DNA of 64,000 nucleotides from Octopus bimaculoides (lineage: Eukaryota), in contig NC_068982.1 of assembly GCF_001194135.2 (NCBI RefSeq), forward strand, positions 97,216,868-97,280,867. The letters run 5' to 3'. A program made the position numbers and the translations under genes. The notes under the pieces were generated by a model. That model was not told the origin of the DNA and did not search any database. It was given only the letters and a program-made list of their open reading frames with translations. The stretch's first letter is position 1. Every line of letters begins with the position of its first letter. Positions 59,272-64,000 of the stretch are shown piece after piece.

Positions 59272-60789
59272 ATTCAAAGTTCTAATCACGCTAAATATCT
59301 TGATGAGATGATTATTTACCATGTAGTAGCTACGGCCACGAGGGGAACCACACGTGTTTGAATATTTTTTGAAAACTAGGGTATTTCTTCGGTGTGGGAA
59401 AGATCTAAAAGTTTACCTTGATTGTTTCCTCAATCTAACGTCAGTGCAAGGGAAGTATAGTAAGACTATAGAGGAAGTTGAGAATGTTTTCCCTCTTTAC
59501 GAACTGATCAAGTCCCTGATATTTAATGGTTTGATTTATACGTAGACCTCAATATGATTTGGCTCGTAGGGGATAGAACAACATTTGCCGAAATCGTTTT
59601 TTTAAACTGGAGAAATATTGGAACAATTGAAATGCAATACATTATTCCTGGCCCGCATCGCTGAGCTTTTGATTCAGATGTTAACTTGTTATACAGTGTT
59701 ATAGAAGCTGCAGATATAAGTGGGACAACAGAATAATTGGGTATTGATTGAACAGATCTCTTACGATACACGATCGGTTATTACTCTCCCAAAATAAAAT
59801 GAATCGGGATACCTTTCACTCACATGTATTAAGAGAGCCCATTTTACATTCGAACGTCATTTTTCACAAAAAGAAAAGGAAAGCAAGAAAGAGGGATGAA
59901 AGAAATAAGATGAGGCTGATCAAGAGGAAAAGAAGATGAAGGTGAAGGCGAGCAAGGAATGAAGTTATAAAAACGAGCCAGTTTCAAATACTTTTCGAAA
60001 AACAAGAGGATAAGTCAGAGAAATCGAAAAAAAAGAAAAAGAAAAAAAGAAGGCCTGTATTCTGTGGAGGTTTCGTGGCTTACACCACTATAATAATCTT
60101 ACAAGAGGCACAAAACCTAAAATTTTGTGTGAGGAGACTAGTGGATTATATTGACCTTGTACTTATTTTAATGACTCCGAAAGGATGAAAGAGAAAGTCT
60201 ATCTCGGTAGAATTTGAACTCGAAACATGTCAGAAGAAATGCCGCCGAACATTTTGTCCGGCTTGCTAACGGTTCTGCAAACTCGCTTTCTTGACACCGT
60301 TATAATAGTCTTTTCTACTATAAGCACAAAGCCTGAGACTTTAGGGGAGGGCGCTAGTCGATTTCATCAACTCCAGTGCTCAACTAAATACTTATTTCAC
60401 TGATCCCAAAAGATGAAAAGTGAGGCCAACATCGGTGGAATTAGAACTCGGACTGTAAAGGCGGAGAAAATGCAGTAAATCCTTTTTTCCGGTGTGCCAA
60501 CTATTTTGCCAGCTCATCGCCTTGACACCACTGTAATAAAACCAGTAAAAACCTCATCGTTAGACTCAACGATTTGCAAATGTAGCAGCTCAGTGTTACA
60601 TTGATAACTACTAATTATTTACAGTAGCTGACTGAAGTAGTCAAGGGAAGATTTTCTCGCAGGAAAATATTAAGCCCATATATAATCAATGGCTCTACAT
60701 TGCTGCAAAACGAAATACGAATTAAATTTCGCTAAACCATCTTGCTTGGTAAAAGAACAAGAAAGAAAATGATATAGTTAGAAGAAATT

Positions 60790-61610
60790 TATGGGAGTGT
60801 TATCAATGAACAAACTTATGGGAATGCTATGAACGAATAACTTTCGTGTGAGCACTAGAAACGAGCAAACAGGTGAAAATGCTAGTAGCGAATACATTTG
60901 TTAGAAGCTATAATGAAAAAATTGATGGGTGATAGCGCCGAACAAAATAATGGGAATACTATCAAGAGACAAACTCGTAGGGAAGATAGCAACAAACAAA
61001 TTGGTGGGGGTGAGGGTAGCGAACAAATTGCTGGTAGTCAGAGCAGCGAACAAATTGTGAGGGTGTTAGCAATGGGAAAATTGGTGGGAGTTAGCAACGA
61101 ACAAATTGGTGTTGCAAGCAATGAACAAATTTGTTGGGGTGTTAGCAACCAACAAGCTGGTGAAAATCCTAGTAACGAACAAATTAGATGAGAGTGTGAG
61201 AGCCACGAACAAAGAAATTGACGAGACAAAAGCAATAGACAAATTGTGTGGGGGGGGGGTGCATAGCAACGAACAAATTGATGAGGGTGAGAGCATCGAG
61301 CAAATTCACGGGAGCCATAATAACGAACAAATTGGTGGGAGCGATAGCAACGAAAAAATTGGTGGGGGTGAGAGCAACGAAGAAATTGTTGGGAGCTATA
61401 GCAACGAACAAACTGGTAGGGGTGAGAGCAACGAACAGTGGTGGGAGCCATAGCAACGAATACTTTGACCTGCTATCAATAAACAAATAGGTGGGAGTGC
61501 CTGCAATAAACAAATTGATGCGAGTAATACGAATGAGTATGCTGGTGGTGGGGGGGGGGGCGATAACAGCGAACAAATTAGTGGGGGTGATAATAGCAAT
61601 CAAACTAACG
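60790..61610 (+). repeat. Degenerate ~30-bp minisatellite (agcaacgaacaaattggtgggagtgat-like)
   Basis: Recurrent agcaacgaacaaatt(g) core roughly every 30 nt. Confidence 0.85.
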
Positions 61611-63839
61611 ACGAGATTGGTATTTTACAGTTTCAAGATCAAAATTTCAATGAATGATTAACTAATAACCTTATCTTTATTTGATATCACTGGCAGAGGT
61701 CATCTCAACCTTTAATCCCTTTAGAAAGTAAGTGATCGATTAAACAAATACTTGTAGAATCTAGATGGATGTTAAAAAGCCTGATAGATATTGTATTAGC
61801 TGATGGCATTTTGAAATTCATCTGTTGTCCACTCACTAACAACAAACCAGAGTCAACAACCGATGATTTCACAAGCTTTTGAGACATTAAATTAAACAAT
61901 ATTAATTAATTAATTAAATTCTACTAGGTATAGCACTCATTTAGATCTTACCCCTGAGTAGAATTAGGTTAACAAAAGTGAAGCATTCGACACGTTTTTG
62001 TCGGTGAGTCGACCACTTTTCTGACTCAGGACAAAATATCAATATATTCTCTTTCCATCACTATCAACCAATCGTTTTGTTACCGAGTCGGAAATCTTAA
62101 AAAGATGAGGTTACAGTGACATGTCTGGTTATGCTGACATTCAGCTGGCGTCTCGAGAACAGCTGTGATTCCAAAACCAGATAACATAACAAATGGCAAT
62201 TCAGTTGTGTTTATAACGACTATACAATTTTGTTCAAGCGTACTTCAGTTAATATCAATATATTTGTATTTATTCCTTTAGATTTTTTCTTTCATATTTT
62301 ATTTCTGTCATTGCTCTTAGTATGTTCGACTTTACTACGTTCCTTCTCAATATCTTTGTAGCAGTTTGTTGTTTTTGACAAACCCGTTGTCAATATGGTG
62401 GCGGTGTAAAGAAAATTTTTGTTACACATTTCTTTTTAAATTATTTATTGAAAACGTTTTTATCACATGAGTGCTTTTTATCTATTTTTAACAAAACTTG
62501 TTTCTGAGTTCTAGCATATTGCTTTGTTTTTGTTGATCACTGTTGATCTTATTTATACTACTTTTACAGAAGTGAATTTTCAGTTTTCAACGAAATATTT
62601 TCTTTTATACGTATGCCATCTTATTGGCAAACGTATATTTATTCTGTTCACCTGGTTTATATTTCCATACGGTGTATGTTTGAGTCGTGACGCTATCAAC
62701 ATGTCTACTTCATAATTCTATGATTGTAAACGTAACATTATTTAAATGTCGTCATTCGAGTTGTTTTCTTTTCAGGCCAGTAATTAAGCGTTGGAACTGA
62801 CACAAGTTTGATATCAGCTGAATTATTGTAAATAGTTGAGTCCATTTCAAAATCATGTTTTCTATTTCTAGTTTGGTTTTTCTCTGGAGAGCTCGATCTT
62901 TGTTTTTATTTCACTACGCCTTTATTAGATTGACATAAAGCGAAGAGCTGGTAGAATCGTTAAAACACCGGGCAAAATGCTTAGCGGCATTTCGTCCGTT
63001 TTTACGTTCTGAGTTCGAATTCCGCCGAGGTCGGCTTCACCTTATATCTCTTCCGGGTCGATTAAATAAGTACCAGTTGAACACTTGGGTCAATTTAATC
63101 GACTTATCCCCTTCCCGAAATTGCTGGCCTTGTGCCAAAATTTGAAACCAATATTAGATTGACATACCTTATATTATGGCGAGGACGTTGATTGTAAAAT
63201 AGATTCGTAGATTAGTCAGTTAGAGAGAAGTAAATGATGCTATTTCGATCGTGAATCTAAATAGAATTTCAAATTCAACCTCTGAGAGTTTCATACTGAA
63301 AATCCTTAATGCTATCATTCAGAGAAAATAGACTTTTACACACCACCAGTAACGTAGCTAGCCGGCGATGGTGACATTTTTGGATCTGGTTTATAAGCTT
63401 ATATAGGCTGTATATCAAGAGTCGGCCAAGTGTGTATGTGTGTGTATGTATATATATATATATATATACATACATACTCTACAAGCTAGTAACCAGGAGT
63501 GTCCATAGTTTGGTTAATTGATTCTTTTGATTTTTACCAGGACAGGGAAGAGTTTTTAGAAGTGATATTCGTGACTTGCTTTCTCAAATGTTAATTTCAG
63601 GAATTGCGGCCGTTTCTGTAAAGCATAGTATTTTGCTGGCAGGAAGCATTTTAACTAATTTCTCGACATTTCGTCTGCTTCTATTATTGTCCGACTTAAC
63701 TTCTCCGTTTCAACAGAACCAACCTTGTACATTATCAGTATCCATTTACAGCTGTCTTAAGCTAACGACAATATCTTTTGATACTTGTAACTGCTAGAAA
63801 CATGCATTGCATTCGCATACGGAGTAAAAAAATATATAG

Positions 63840-63963
63840 AACACACACACGCACACACACACGCACACACACACACACGCAATCACACACACACACACAC
63901 AAATCTCACACGCACACACACACGAGTGTGTGTGTGTATGTGTGATGTATGTATGTATGTATG

Positions 63964-64000
<37 letters not shown>
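63840..64000. repeat. Compound (CA)n/(TG)n/(ATGT)n/(AT)n microsatellite
   Basis: Visible. Confidence 0.95.

Noticed and set aside
59340-59900. Protein-like ORFs (59354..59545 +, 59523..59771 -)
   Set aside because: No recognisable motif, several stops in the extended frames, no consistent splice sites; possibly an old TE relic. A tBLASTx would settle it.

Overview
AT-rich (microsatellite-dense, gapped) eukaryotic genomic DNA. The SINE/LINE families and repeat landscape suggest an octopus (inference). Three nuclear genes for mitochondrial proteins lie in a row: PYROXD2 (minus strand, 13 coding exons reconstructed from 27931 down to 211, 3' exons outside the window, including a 20-nt microexon), MRPL49 (plus strand, single coding exon 36758-37330) and WARS2 (minus strand, 7 coding exons 57633-44084, 384 aa). 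Introns and spacers hold RTE LINE fragments and tails, several tRNA-head SINE families, an R4/Dong-type fragment inside a (TAA)n array, a CCHC-ORF1 LINE inserted in a SINE that shares its 3' tail, a mariner relic, a decayed DNA transposon and a GG-ended MITE with a telomeric-repeat centre. The most unusual signal: most of the long palindromes (3.0, 9.0, 29.0, 35-36 and 52.7 kb) read as tail-out inverted termini of Penelope-like elements carrying minimal type-I hammerhead ribozyme motifs, from up to four unrelated sequence families; the 51.4 kb hairpin is a motif-less relative. In one family a tRNA-like Pol III head sits directly upstream of the ribozyme, both in an ORF-bearing copy and in a ~380-bp ORF-less copy, each with its own target-site duplication. 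All calls were made by eye; no searches or folding were run.
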